DNA of 64,000 nt from Phoronis australis (GCA_002633005.1 NMRA01000538.1:186001-250000), one strand, 5' to 3'; shown: positions 50,768 to 64,000, numbered from the stretch's first letter. Notes: generated by a model from the sequence alone, not told the origin. Program-made: numbers and translations.

Positions 50768-52100
50768 GCCCCGCATATTACAGAAAAAATCTCAAAAGCC
50801 AAATTTGCATTGGTGAGATGCAGTCGTGCGGTGGGTAAAACTTGGGGAATGTCCCCCAAGAATATGTTCTGGATTTATACTGCTGTTATCCGACCTATAA
50901 TGTCCTATGCTTCGTCGGTATGGGTAACGGCATTAAAACAGATTATCAACTTAGGCAGCTGCAACGCCTAGCTTGTCTGTGCATAACCTCTGCTTTTCCA
51001 GGAACGCCTTCTGCAGCCCCAGAAGTGCTAATCAGTCTACCACCACTGTACATATACCTTGAGGGTGAAGCTGCATGTGCTGCACTTCGCCTCAGATATA
51101 ATGGTCAGTGAGTGAAAACTAACATCCCTGACTCTGTTGCACACAGAAGCCACAGGAATGTTTGCAATAAGCTAATGGCCAAGACTGGGCAACTATGGAA
51201 CATGCCTAGTGATGTTCAGGTCACAGCTTTAAATCATATAAACAATTTCTTCACGGAAATTGGCGATGGATGGCCTACCGCAGAACACAAGAATGAGGTG
51301 GTTTGTTATACGGACGGCTATAAACTGGAAAATGGCCAAACAGGTGCTGGGGTCTACTTTCCAAGCCTTCCTGTTGCAGATGCAGAAAACTGGGTATCAC
51401 TAGGCAATCTTGCCACGGTGTTTCAGGCGGAGATTACTACAATCAATAGAGCTGCTCAACAGGCACAACAATACAACACTGAACTTGGCAATCGGCCAAT
51501 TACCATCTTTTCAGATAGCCAGGCAGCAATAAAAGCCCTAAAGAAACTAAGGGTCAACTCTCGTTGTGTTAATGCTTGTATTAATGAGCTTAACAAGCTT
51601 GCAATTGAAAGAACCGTCAATATACGCTGGGTCAGGACCCATGCTGGAATTGATGGCAATGAGAATGCAGACAGATAGGAGCAAGCGTTCTGCATTTTGT
51701 GCCTGAACCTGCTATCCCAGTATCTCACAGATGTTGCAGGATGAGTATACGCAACTGGGTACATACCCAGTCAGCTGCCCAGTGGGCATAACTTAACTCC
51801 TGCAGAGAGACCAAGGAGAATTTTCCCAACGTGATCGAACCAAAAGGTTCAAAAAGCCTTCTGAGTCTAGATAGATTGGGTATAAGACACGTCATTCAAA
51901 TTTTGACGGGCCACTGCAACCTAGCCCGACACTGACACATTACAGGGCATATGGGGAGCCCTGTGTGTCTTGAAGTGGTATTGACGTAGAATCTCCTAAA
52001 CACCTGGTAGAGTCTTGCCCAGCTTTTTATAGGCTAAAGAGCAACCTACTGGATGGCACTGTTACATGCCTACAACACATAGTGCATGGCAACAAATGGA
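50693..52100 (+). mobile_element. 5'-truncated, disrupted non-LTR retrotransposon (R1/Loa/Lian-like): RT C-terminus, RNase H, C-terminal zinc knuckle
   Basis: YLGVILHHHLSW...GKTWG.SPK..WIYTAVIRP...LQRLACLCIT.A..GTP; RNase H CYTDG...ATVFQAEI...IFSDSQAAIKAL...WVRTHAGIDGNENADR; later ILTGHCNL..H...ESPKHL...CPAF; frameshift near 50945, stops at 51109 and 51676. Confidence 0.9.
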
Positions 52101-52569
52101 AACGTCTGTCCGTTTTCCTAAAGGAGACTGGCAGACTTGAAAACTTTCTTCACGAGGAGCCATAATTGGGCTCTCATGCTTTTGCTCAAGTGTTTTGTGC
52201 AATGGGCCCAAACCATGAGGCCTGCGCACGTCTGATGCACCGCAAATGACATCAGACCACCTGCACTGTTTTTTATGTACGTTAATGGAGTCGGATTGTA
52301 AACAATAACCAGAGGCACTTTTTCGAAAGTTGATCACATGGTGGAAAATCATGAGCTAAAAAACGCTTACAAAAATGATTTATCAGCGATAATTCATGAC
52401 AAAAAGATTATAAAAACTTACTAATACAGACCAAGGTAACGCTTTATTACACAAAATTGTCTTATAGTTAACTTTGAAGTCTGAAATCGGATAATTTACC
52501 GATGTGGGTTTTACATGGAGACCGATTTGGAGCACCGTGACCTACTTTTTGATTGTCCTCCCTACTTAA

Positions 52570-54173
52570 CCCTATAGCGACGGTACACGCATATTTGAGT
52601 GAAAGCTTCAATCACCCCAAGTGCCAGTAAACGCATATATGAGTGTCAAAGTTCCCAGACAGTTTCTGCCACCTTGTGACAGCTAAAAATAAATATTTCT
52701 CACACATGTGTACACATAGATTGATGACGTATACAATCAGTGTTTTTCTTTGTTGGAAGTGGCGTGTTGTTGAATTTGTCGGAATTTTTTGAGAGAAGTG
52801 TTGATATTTTAGTTATAAGATGGCAGGAGTAAGAGAGAGGAAAGTCAAAGTGGATACTGTTTTAGATAATGACCTTTTGTCACTGATACTCTCACTTAAT
52901 CATAGTGATTCTGACTCTGATGAGGATATTCCTCTCGCTCAGTTTGCCAGGCGATCAGACAGTGACACTGAAATGAGTTTGGAGGTTGAGCCCGACAGTT
53001 TAGAGGATGCCCCTGAGATCGCTGTGCCTGCTGATTTCCTGGATGCTCTTGGGCCACAAGAACCTGAAAGTGGTGGTTGGAGTGCGTCTCTGAATTCACG
53101 AAACGATGCCAACGTGAGATTTAAAAGTACACCTGGTTTGAAGCAACATGTCATTGATCATCTAGGTGGACAGGAAGCACTCACCTCGGCAACACCCGGT
53201 GGGCTTTTCAGACTGTTTTTTCCTGACCCTCTAGTCAAGTTGATCGTTGATCAGACAAACTTATATGCCAATCAGGAAAGACAGAGTGCACCCGAGAAAC
53301 ACAAAATGAAATGGCATGATGTCACAGTAAAGGAATTATTCACTTGGTTTGGTTTACTGTTCTGCATGGGTCTAATCTGCAAGGGAAATATTCGCGACTA
53401 TTGGAGTACACACTGGATGGTAGAAACTCCGGGATTTCGCAAATTCATGTCAAGAGACCGCTTCCTGGCTATCTTACGCTACATCCATTTTGTCGACAAC
53501 ACCACTGCAATCACAGACAAGCAAAACCCTCTGTATGATAAGCTCTATAAAGTTCGACCGGTGTGGGATGTTGTTATTGATCGTTGCAAATCTGTCTATA
53601 CTCCTCAACGTGAGATTGCGCTGGATGAATCCATGATTGCTTGCAAATCACGTTTTGGATTCAAGCAATTCATGAAGGACAAGCCCATTCGGTGGGGACT
53701 AAAAGTTTTCATGGTGTCAGAGTCGTGTTCTGGTTACATTTTAAATGCACAGGTCTACACAGGTAAAGAACGCGAGTCAACGGCCAATGGTCCGACACAT
53801 GATGTGGTGATGCGAGTTACGGAACCGTTTATGAATTTAGGCCACCATTTATACATGGACAACTACTATACTAGTATCCCAACATTTGAGGAGTTGTTGA
53901 ATCGTGGCACACTGGCTTGCGGGACTGTTCGTGCCAATCGCAAAGGACTGCCAGGAACTGTTAATGCGAAATCAGCAGCTGTGAAGGAACTACCCCGCGG
54001 CGGCTCGTTATATAGATATAAGAATGCTATTACAGCAGTTACGTGGAAGGACAACAAAACTGTGAACGTATTAAGTACCATACCTTACCCCGAGACTAAC
54101 GACACCGTTCAACGCTCGGCAAAAGTGAATGGGAAGTGGGAGAAAATTAACGTGTCGCGACCAGTCGCCATAG
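52570..54173 (+). mobile_element. piggyBac transposon, left end plus most of the transposase; right part lost at a contig join
   Basis: TTAA (52566-52569) followed by CCCTATAGCGACGGTA; subterminal repeats ACGCATATTTGAGTG (52587) and ACGCATATATGAGTG (52631); ORF from 52820. Confidence 0.92.
52820..54173 (+). CDS. piggyBac transposase (PGBD4-like), uninterrupted for ~451 codons until the N at 54174
   Basis: Acidic N-terminus, IVDQTNLYA, MSRDRF, DKLYKVRP, catalytic IALDESMI and LYMDNYYTS, GTVRANRKGLP, WKDNKTV; breaks at RPVAI just before the expected YNxxMGGVD (third Asp). Confidence 0.95.
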
Positions 54174-54487
54174 NATACTAGAATAACATTTCAATAAATC
54201 ATACAATGTAAGTTAGTCATGGTACAATGTGACCGGCCGACATTCTCAGGGTTTGGCATTGTGTTCTTCTAGTACCTTTTCGGCGTAACCACTGAGAGTG
54301 CGACATTTTTCAATAAAAAAGCATGACGTTATCTTCTAATACCTGGCATTACAAGCATTGCCAAATCTTTGCCTTTGATAATTTGTTTTACTTTTTTTCT
54401 GGTATGTTGTCCTTTCGTATGTCGTACATGCGGCTTGACTCGACTCGTGGGCGAGAAAGTCACGGTGCTGGCGTGACTTGGAATCCC

Positions 54488-54821
54488 GCTTAATCTCAAC
54501 ATCGCGTGTGCGTGAAGTTGGATTCAAATATTCATTACGGCAATCAGGTAAAAATTTGCGTTCAGTGTAAATTTTTTTGCAGTTATTAGCCTCACGGAAT
54601 CGGAGGAATATGTGAATGGTTAATTAATTATTCTTTGTCGGGCTAATAACATCGCCAATGATTGAAGAAAGTCAATAAAGATTGGTTAAAATTTAAGCAT
54701 GTAATTTGCTTTAGTACTCTGTAAATTTATTATGAACGTCAACGTAATAATTTGAGTGAACTTGGCAAGTTTCCTTGTGTATTCAAATTTCACGCACACG
54801 CGATCTTGAGTCGGATTAAGC
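54488..54821. mobile_element. MITE-like element with ~40-bp inverted ends, TTAA at both extremities
   Basis: GCTTAATCTCAACATCGCGTGTGCGTGAAGTTGGAT versus right-end reverse complement GCTTAATCCGACTCAAGATCGCGTGTGCGTGAAATTTGAAT. Confidence 0.65.
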
Positions 54822-56520
54822 AAGGGTCCATTCCAAGAAAATTGACTAAGCTGAGATAAATCTTAACTTAATTTTCAGTAGCAATTTTCAAAGCCACTTG
54901 ACTTAAACCCTCTTTTGAACATTTCAACCAATTATCGTTCTGTCACTTGCTAACGCATCACTGGAGTCAATTTTGAAAGATATAAACAAAAATCAACTAA
55001 AAAACTCATACTCTCTACGGTCGCAGATTGGACGGTTCTTGGTGAGCGGGGCTTTTCCACACTTTTGCCCTGCAGTTCTCTGAAAAGCGTACTAGGCCTA
55101 GGTCACGCTTGCCCGTGCAGTAGACTCTAAAAAGGAGTTTTCAAATTCTCTCCAAGCTTTTGTGGGTTGCCGAGGATTGTAGAGCATTATTTTGTTTCAG
55201 GGAATTGTATGGGAAAGTCGTTTTCAATGTATGGACCAAACTTGGGTAAGTTTACTAGGTATGCTGGCTTCACTAGTTTTAAAAAATTTGCCATTTCAGT
55301 CCGTTTCAAGAAAGTGATCTTAAGTTTTACGTAAGTTTTTGACTTCAATTTTGTTTTTAGCTTGAATAACTTACTGGACTTGAAACTTTCAGTGTTCAGG
55401 TTGAGACAAATTTTAGACTTAGTCAAAAATTGAACTGTAGTCATGCAGTTTTGGAACGGGACCCAAGTTCATGTGCAGCAACGCCACCCGGTGGCTACTC
55501 TGTAACTGCACTTACATCCACCAGGGTCGCTTGTCTTGAAATCACCGGAAATCAGCAATCCATTTTACTCGCAGAGCCGTAAATTCTAGTGGACTCCCTC
55601 TGCCTCTGGTGAGTTTTGTTGACCGAGCGAATGCCCGTTACAGTTGCAATTTACTATGTTTGCGATCGTTCTCATATATGCGTCTAGTTGGTCCATATAT
55701 AAGCGTTTTGTCCCGAATGTTACAATGTAATCTTGTTCCACGGCACAGACACCGAGACAGAGCCAGCCAGCTAGCTCAGTCAGTAGCTGTATGTAGGGAG
55801 GACAACGTTTTTTAATTTTTTTACAATACCCATGTGTCATACATTTTTGAAAAGCCCTTGGTGTGAGAAATGAAATGGTGCAAAAATCAGAAAAATTGGA
55901 TGAGCGGTTGACGAGAAAATGGCTGTTGAAACGCGACGATTATGCGTAAAATATCTGCCTTTTTACATAATTTCGTAAAAAATAAAAGAATATACATGTG
56001 CTGCATATAAAAAGNTTCGTCTAATTGAGACAAACATGGTGGTGTGTATTATATAAAATTTGGATCGATTTCTACAGAGATATTGCTGTTTAGGTGTGTT
56101 GTTAGCATATAGAACAGGCTCATCATGTTTGATGAAAACAATGGATTACACAGCTTAAAAGGTAAAGAGCAAAGACACCACATCAGCTCAGAAATAAATA
56201 AATCTGAGCTAGGAGGAAATCACAAGATCACATTGGTGGATTTGGGGGGTGCAAGGGGGCCTGGCCCGTGGCCCCCCTAAAACTCCCATATTTCATTTGG
56301 CAGTTTGAGGGTGCAAATATCTTACGGATAAAATCCTGCATAATACTCTGCCCTGCCCCCCTCCTATCTAAAAATCCTAGATCTGCCCCTGAATACTACT
56401 ATATGGGCAACACATCATTGCCTGACAGTGACAGGGGGCTGGGGGAGGCTATAGCTCCCCACTTTTTTCTGTGCTGGGTGCCACCCATGTACTATTAGAT
56501 CGTATCATGGCAAAAAACAT

Positions 56521-56832
56521 CAGAAAGTAGACAAAAGACCATTTGGGAAAACAAATCACTCTTAACATAAAGGATTTCATCATTTACGCAACAAAAACTT
56601 TGTAACAACTTTATTTCAAACGGTGAAGTTGCGATGCCATTGAACTTCAACGTAGCCGATGGTGGCGCTGACATACAGAAAGTAGACAAAAGACCATTTG
56701 GGAAAACAAATCACTCTTAACATAAAGGATTTCATCATTTACGCAACAAAACAACAAAAACTTTGTAACAACTTTATTTCGAACGGTGAAGTTGCGATGC
56801 CATTGAACTTCAACGTAGCCGATGGTGGCGCT
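56521..56832. repeat. ~155-bp tandem duplication
   Basis: CAGAAAGTAGACAAAAGACC...GATGGTGGCGCT at about 56521-56669 and 56676-56832, differing by one small indel and a substitution. Confidence 0.9.
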
Positions 56833-57243
56833 TACATGCGGCGACTTAGTGAACTAACGACTGCTTGTTTGAAAAGTGCCAATGCGCAGCAGTTTGACAG
56901 AATTTCTGAAAATGAAATAATTACCAATTAAAAGAGTGATAAATTCCTCATCTAAAAATCGGAGGGGCATATTGCGCAACTGGAAAAACATCAATCTCCC
57001 GACCGACCAAAATTAGGCCTTCCGGACGCTCGAAAATTCGCCATGAAAACTTGGCCTTGACTTCGAGAAAACAACTTGAGGAGATGCGCACGCATCTAAA
57101 CTACATCCTGTCCAAATTTCATGTTTGTATTTGAGAGTATAGACCCTATTCACGCCGACAGGAGGCGCGTTCCAAAACGAGGCTCGCTACGATAGCTCTG
57201 GTGGCTTATCCGCGTAGTCGTACTCCGCGTTGCTCGAACAGCN

Positions 57244-59312
57244 AACTTACTAATACAGACCAAGGTAACGCTTTATTACACAAAATTGTCTTATAGTTAA
57301 CTTTGAAGTCTGAAATCGGGTAATTTACCGATGTGGGTTTTACATGGAGACCGATTTGGAGCACCGTGACCTACTTTTTGATTGTCCTCCCTACTTAAGA
57401 GTCGAATACATTGCCGTGAACTGAAGTGGCGTAAATATTTTGGTAGTTGGTCTGCCAAGATTGTACGTAGACCTCACTTGTAGAGTTCATACACCTACTG
57501 TAGGCCCCTATTGCCCAATTTTTAATCTGCTGCCAACGAAGCCCACGTGCAACGGAAAAGGAGAAAAATTGGCCGACATGACACCAGCAAATCGACTGGA
57601 AAATTTCTTCTTCCGATTTCAATTTTCCCGCACTGAAAACCTCAAAATAATGTCATTTATATGGTAAAACGAAACAATGGAGTGTTTCGACAAACCAATT
57701 AGTGGTCACTTCTTCATACAAACCTATGAAATTCAAGAAAATTGAACGACCATGCACTCAGCTATACTTGAGACCGCCATGTTTATACCACTACGGCCAG
57801 CAGATGGCGCTCTCAAAGCTTCTCTGTCACTGAGATCAATAACGTCTTTGTTGTCAGTCAAGGAACGGTAAAAATTTGTGCCCTCTCATTTTTAACGGTG
57901 AAAAAAGAACCGGGTTGTATAAAAACGGAACTTCAAATGAATTTAATGCGGAAAAATAATCTCGTGGTCCAATATAATTGAGGTGTTATTGACGGACTAA
58001 TTCGTATAGTCACTGTGAGCGCGCATAATGTATCAGACTATATAGTTACGTTATGACAGAGCCTTATAACAATTACAAAATACAAATCCCCTTAATTTGC
58101 TGCACGTTTTCCATCAGTGTTGTTCCGCAAACTAGTTTGAAAGAGGCCAGCAGGAGCAATGACCAGAGCACTGAACCGCGCGGGCGAGGCACGAGCCGAG
58201 CTTTCTCGCCGTGACTCGGTACAGGCCCGTACTATGAGATAGGTAAACTTTTTTGAGGAGTTAATTTGATTTTTCCCAAAATTTTGACCCTCNCTTGTGT
58301 TTCACTCATGACCTGCCTCAAATTAAGTCAGGCTATTCAGGGGTCGTGACCTACTTTTAAGCTAGGTGCCGTGATCTGAAGTGGCGTAAATATTTTGGTA
58401 GTTGGCCTGCCAAGATTGTACGTAGACCTCACTTGTAGAGGTACGTAGACCTCACTTGTAGAGTTCATACACCTACTGTAGGCCCCTATTGCCCAATGTT
58501 TAATCTGCTGCCAACGAAGCCCACGTGCAACGGAAAAGGAGAAAAATTGGCCGACATGACACAGCAAATCGACTGGAAAATTTCTTCTTCCGATTTCAAT
58601 TTTCCCGCACTGAAAACCTCAAAACAATGTCATTTATATGGTAAAACGAAACACTGGAGTGTTTCGACAAACCAATTAGTGGTCACTTCTTCATACAAAC
58701 CTATGAAATTCAAGAAAATTGAACGACTATGCACTCAGCTAAACTTGAGACCGCCATGTTTATATAATATACCACTACGGCCAGCAGATGGCGCTCTCAA
58801 AGCTTCTCTGTCAGCAGAGATCAATAACGTCTTTGTTGTCAGTCAAGGAACGGTAAAAATTTGTGCCCTCTCATTTTTAACGGTGAAAAAAGAACCGGGT
58901 TGTATAAAAACGGAACTTCAAATGAATTTAATGCGGAAAAATAATCTCGTGGTTCAATATAATTGAGGTGTTATTGACGGACTAATTCGTATAGTCACTG
59001 CGAACGCGCATAATGTATCGGACTATATAGTTACGTTATGACAGAGCCTTATAACAATTACAAAATACAAATCCCCTTAATTTGCTGCACGTTTTCCATC
59101 AGTGTTGTTCCGAAAACTAGTTTGAAAGAGGCCAGCAAGAGCAACGACCAGAGCACTGAACCGCGCGGGCGACCACGAGCCGAGCTTTCTCCGCACCGTA
59201 GGCGCGAGATCTTCGCCAAAACGCAGGATTGACTCGGTACAGGCCCGTACTATGAGATAGGTAAACTTTTTTGAGGAGTTAATTTGATTTTTCCCAAAAA
59301 TTTTGACCCTCG
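57244..59312. repeat. ~0.9-kb near-identical duplicate (about 57412-58292 vs 58367-59312) across single-N joins; probable alternative haplotypes or repeat copies
   Basis: Colinear with scattered substitutions and indels, including a 23-bp tandem duplication only in the second copy; bounded by Ns at 57243 and 58293. Confidence 0.85.
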
Positions 59313-61439
59313 AGTGGGTGCCCAGTCCCTACTGAATTTCACTAGACGCCCAGTTCCTCCCTAGGCTAACGCTACCGACTAACTCCGCCCCGCGGACCCA
59401 GCCCCCTCCCCCCCATCTTCACGGACGTCGCCGATTTCGCCCCGCCCCCAAAGGTGTGTAGATTTCGGTATTGGTAGGGGCAAACCCCCAGAAAGTGGCT
59501 ACCCGAACATTTGCAATTGAAATTCACTGAGAAAGATTCGCTGTGAACAGCTAGGTTAGGCCCGGCCTTTGTGATTCTAAGATTTTGATTTTAGAGGTGA
59601 ACTTTAGAAATCCATTTTATTAGGAGGCCAAACAAGTCCACTGCTAAAATGACTTTTTGGAGCGTGAAAGTAAGGAAAGGCTAGCTTTTACCACGGGCAA
59701 CGAAATCCTATGACTGGGGATACTGATTAGTTAACGTCACCTCCAAATGAGTAGACCTGAATATTATTTCGGAAACTTCGGTTATAGCGTAAAAATGAAA
59801 CCTAAAATTCGCTGTATTAGAGCCTATGGGAGAAGGGATTGTTTCAAAATTCCTTAGTTGCTGAAACCTCTGTTAAGCTAGTTTTTGATAAGTAATGAAG
59901 TCTCAGTTGCCGGATCTCGCGTCTACGGAACGCATGCCATTCCGCATTGCCTCAAAGAACAAAAGTCGACAGCGCCGATAGCAAAGTATCGGTGTGCACC
60001 TAGCGTGAGAAAGTAGCTCTTGTCACCTGGATTATTTCGCGCCATTCCTTACAGGTTGAGAATCGCTGGGCAAATTCAGTTGGGTGTTCACACACACGTA
60101 GATTACGTACATGTATGTATATCAATACATTAGTAAATTAGATACCATTGTGGAATCCAACTATTTTTTGTTTTGAGATTGATTGCAATGTATAATTTCC
60201 GTGTCGTCTCAAATGTCAGAAGCTAAACATAGTTTTATGTTTCTATTTATAGTAATACCTACGTAAATTACGCATGAAAATAAATACTTTCATGTGCGTG
60301 ATTTACACAGGTAAATATTCAAAGTTATATTTCTTCCTGTTCTGCTGGCTAAAAAGAGAAAATCGAATTATGTCTTTTACCTCTCGCAAAATCGGTCTCC
60401 TAAAACTCTTTGCTGTGATAGGATTCTATCCCCGGCGTTACCAATTAACAAGAACACTAAGCCATGCAGCAACTCAACAAAACGCTTCAGAGCTAGCTTA
60501 TTATGGTTGGCCAGCATTAAAATTACGAATTCGAAAACGGCGCAAGTACGCCTTACTTTTGACTTGAGTTGCCAGTTCAAATGGAAACAACCTCTCAACT
60601 GAGGATCGGATGAGCGGGGTAAATATGTTATAAAAATTAACTTTACGTTGGTAATTTTCCCCAATTTGTCCAACCACACAGGAGGCTCACCATACTCATG
60701 CTTGAGGGCAACCGTATGCCGTGTGTATGTGGGGGGAGGGGGGGGGGGTTAAATTGCCACCGGGGAAAAGGATCGAGGAGTTTGGAGCACTGAGGATGAC
60801 GAGTGGATACCCCTTTCCCTACCCTCACATAGGCGGATTTAGGGGGCCCCCTCCCCTTGGCTGCCGCAAAAAAATAAAACTGCAAGAGCGTAGGGAAATG
60901 TTGAGTTTATTAATTAACCCCAGTAATTAAAATTATACGGATGAAAGAAATTTAAATGTGTGCAGTTTTAGTGTTGGGGGGGGATCAGATACATTTTCTA
61001 GTGTCAAATTCGTAACGGAACTATGGCTAAGTATAGGCTCTCCTGCGATATCCCAAGCGACCGGCAGTGGCACTACGACTCAATACTGTGCAATGAAGAA
61101 AATTTTCTTTATTTTTTAAAGAAAATGGAACCTGACTGACGATGAAAAAACAGAAGCTGCTGGTAAGATGTGAATTTTAATCGAAGCCTTAGTGAATCAC
61201 TCAGAAACTCATAATTCTCTCTTGTTCAAGACGATTTTCAAAGCAATCCCGTCATTATTGCCAACACGAAAAACGGATTTGGTCTTTTGGGCATTTGAAG
61301 ACTATTTTAAATTACAATAAATTTGTTAAGAACCAATTGCACAAAATATAAAACGTGTAATAAGCATAACAAAAAGAAGTTGGTTTCGCGCGCAAACGCT
61401 GTGGACCATAAACAAGTAGGTCTCTTAGTTTAATCATTA

Positions 61440-61500
61440 TAGTGTGGTGGTAAAGCTCAATCCGCCAGGTCGTGAGTTCGAGTCTGTGCCGGGTACTTGC
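61440..61500 (+). mobile_element. Possible degenerate tRNA-derived SINE head
   Basis: A-box-like TAGTGTGGTGG and B-box-like GAGTTCGAGTC at tRNA-like spacing; no complete cloverleaf. Confidence 0.3.
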
Positions 61501-64000
61501 AGTGTTTCTTGTTTGACACGTTCTCCGTGTTTTTTTTTTTTTTTTTTTTTTTGCCTTTTTTCTTGTATAATACTTCAGGAATCAAGGAAAATGCTTGATT
61601 TTTAGAGCAAAAAACAGAAGATTTTCCTGGGCGGGAGTTAGACAAACCCCCCTCCCGACCTCCCCCATTCAGTGCTATACGCATCTACAATCGTGGTTTG
61701 CGCAAATGCTTACAGCCGGACAAAATGTTGGCCCCTCCCACAATTTTGGTTTTCTCGAGAGTGGTACACCTGCCACCTTTTGATCGCTGCCAAAACCAGC
61801 TGAGGTCTGCTACAGCTGATTCAAAAAACGAACCAACACATATCTTAGCAACTGGGGAAATGAGTATCCGCGGCAATGGCAAGTCAGGACTGACGATATC
61901 CGTGATACCAATTCCTAGCTTCCCGGCCTATTGTTCGGCATCGGGATACAATGCAATGGGCAGAATCGGCTTAGCAACGACAGAAATGTAACCAAGGCAT
62001 TTGGTATTTTTGTAGTAGAGATCCATGGTTTCAGTGCTCTGTTTATGTTTACAAATCGTCCTTAGCAGGCTTGTGAATAATTCGAAATCCCTACGTTGTT
62101 AAGATCTTCTCAACATTAAATTTAAAATCAAACCTTTTAAGTTATAATATTATACGATGTGACACGGTAGTCTGACAAGTAGTTTCCTACGTCCGAAAGC
62201 AAAATTTCCGAATTAGCTTACAATAAGACGATGAGTTGTTAAACGAACAATCCTTGACAAATGTCAATCGCAGATGAGAACGGGACAGTGACAGTGTAGG
62301 TAGAAACTTGTCCGCCCAGCTGACGGATTGAGTATTTTGTGAAGTGTAGCGGGATATTGTGTGTGTATTATAGTTGATAACTAACTGTTCTAATTTACGT
62401 GTCTGTATGGTTAAAATCACACAGGTGTGTCAGTTGTGAGCGAATGTGGCTTGTTTTGACACTCCGAGTCTGCGCCAAGGACAGATAGGTGGCATTTAAT
62501 TCACTGCAAATTGAGGATAAGCAATTTAGAATACCTGTTGACGACTTGATTCAGCTTGTTTCGTCTGCAATAATATTAAACCGGCAATACGCCTGCCGCC
62601 TTCCATTATAAAAAAGATTTAGTCCACTCACCGTTATGAAATAGGTATCAAATATTGTTGCTTATTCAAAATGGACAGGATTCCAGGGCCCGGGGTTTAA
62701 TCTTTTGCTCGAAATTATTTTTAGGAATTTTCTATAATTCTTCTTTTGTGTGAACTCAAGATACGCGTCCATTATTCTGTTCTCGAGGACATTATGGTAT
62801 ATGGGAATTCCCTTGTTTCAACATTGAGCAGCAGCTTCCATCGAATTCTGTTTGAATCTGAATCAACATTCTGGCATCAATTATAAACTTATTTATAACA
62901 CGGTGCTTTTTTACACTTTTGAAATGTCAGGAAACGTGCGAATTCGTTTGCAAGACACAAGTATTAAAAGCTTCGATAAACTTTGTGATGGAAACAAGAA
63001 GTCATAAAAGTGCAACAAGAATCAAGATACAAGTGCTGTACTATCTATAGCATTTATTTAAAATCGGCAGCATGGGTATATTTAACGTGAGCCAAGAAAG
63101 GAGAGTCCGGAACTTTACTCCTCACAACTAAAACAGGATAGGCTTTACCACAAATGAATTTACAGTCATCGTAACAAACAAAACGTCAGCAAGTGTTTTT
63201 CCAGATAATATATGGACAGCACCAACAACAACAATAAGCTCGAGCCAATGTAAACAAAACTCTGTTTGCATCATAGTGAAGGCCGTAAAATCAGAGAAAA
63301 ATGTTGTCCTTTAATTACGTCATCCCCTCGTGATCTTTTTGTGACCTGATCAAGCGGGCGAGCGCGCAGGAACAATAACCGGAAACAGGGGAGAGGCGGT
63401 AACTCGCACTAATAGCAGGCTTGGTCAGTTTCTGTAGAATATTACGTTACCTGTGGCTTTCAATCTTTATACTAATCGAAGGATTAGGCAGGTGGTAGAA
63501 GAACTATCATCTCCTTGCAGTAGTGTCTGGCACGACACTGAACCTGAGAAATTGGTTTGACAGTTTGTTGACCTATTTTTGTTGAACAAACAAATAAACA
63601 AACGAACAAAAAACAATCAGATTGTTTACACGAGTTGCGAATTAAACCTAAAAAGACTGCGTAGATTCAGTTAACACTCGGTCATTTTGTACGGCCATGC
63701 CTTTTGCTGGCGTCATGTGTAGATCAACTTTCGTCTTAATTCGGCTGAGTTGTTGGTAAGAATGTCCCGTGATCATGGGATTAACGGGATGTTCGGTTCA
63801 AGATAGGCCTACACAAAATTAACACCCACTTTTGACGCATGTCCTTGTACAAACAAATATGTAATTGGCCAAATGTTCAGAGATATCGTTAAAAATTGAG
63901 GGTCGATGTTCAAATCTGCACGAACGTACTTTCAGTTTTAGAGAGTTGCATGTTGTGAAATTTGGTTGGAAACATGAAACTAACTGTGAATCCATTTTTG

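Noticed and set aside
54174-54181. Stop codon ending the piggyBac ORF
   Set aside because: Lies after an N contig join, so it is not a real truncation.
60026-60044. ATGGCGCGAAATAATCCAG|GT (minus strand) as the coding first exon of TYW1
   Set aside because: Phase 1; splicing to 48726 would be out of frame and reach a stop.
61685-62026. Coding-looking ORFs on both strands
   Set aside because: In-frame stop on the minus strand, no recognisable domain and no convincing splice pattern.

Overview
AT-rich, intron-rich, repeat-rich eukaryotic DNA. It looks like a heterozygous marine invertebrate draft assembly (taxon inferred), with one 700-N gap and six single-N joins. (1) A complete 14-exon minus-strand TYW1 gene (35496-48717, about 705 aa; N-terminal hydrophobic segment, flavodoxin domain, radical-SAM CxxxCxxC), with all splice junctions and phases checked by hand. 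(2) Three phase-compatible minus-strand coding exons (11406-8013) of a gene that probably continues off the left edge; one carries a motif resembling the N-terminus of CNG-channel beta subunits, and an RFX X-box lies upstream. (3) Between these genes, an ~8.4-kb tandem array (about 25270-33630) of 12 exon-intron units. Each exon-like unit is a phase-0 cassette (90 nt in 11 of 12) encoding a 30-aa ankyrin-like repeat, 3 residues shorter than the canonical 33 aa; two unit types alternate in a higher-order pattern, and no start or end exons were found. This is the most novel-looking feature. (4) Mobile elements: a young piggyBac (open ORF cut by a contig join, with an apparent empty TTAA site elsewhere in the window), an RNase H-containing non-LTR fragment, BEL/Pao, CR1/L2-like and Penelope-like fossils, several MITEs, and two copies of a pearl/HINE-like element whose ~145-bp internal repeats carry co-oriented CTCF-like motifs.
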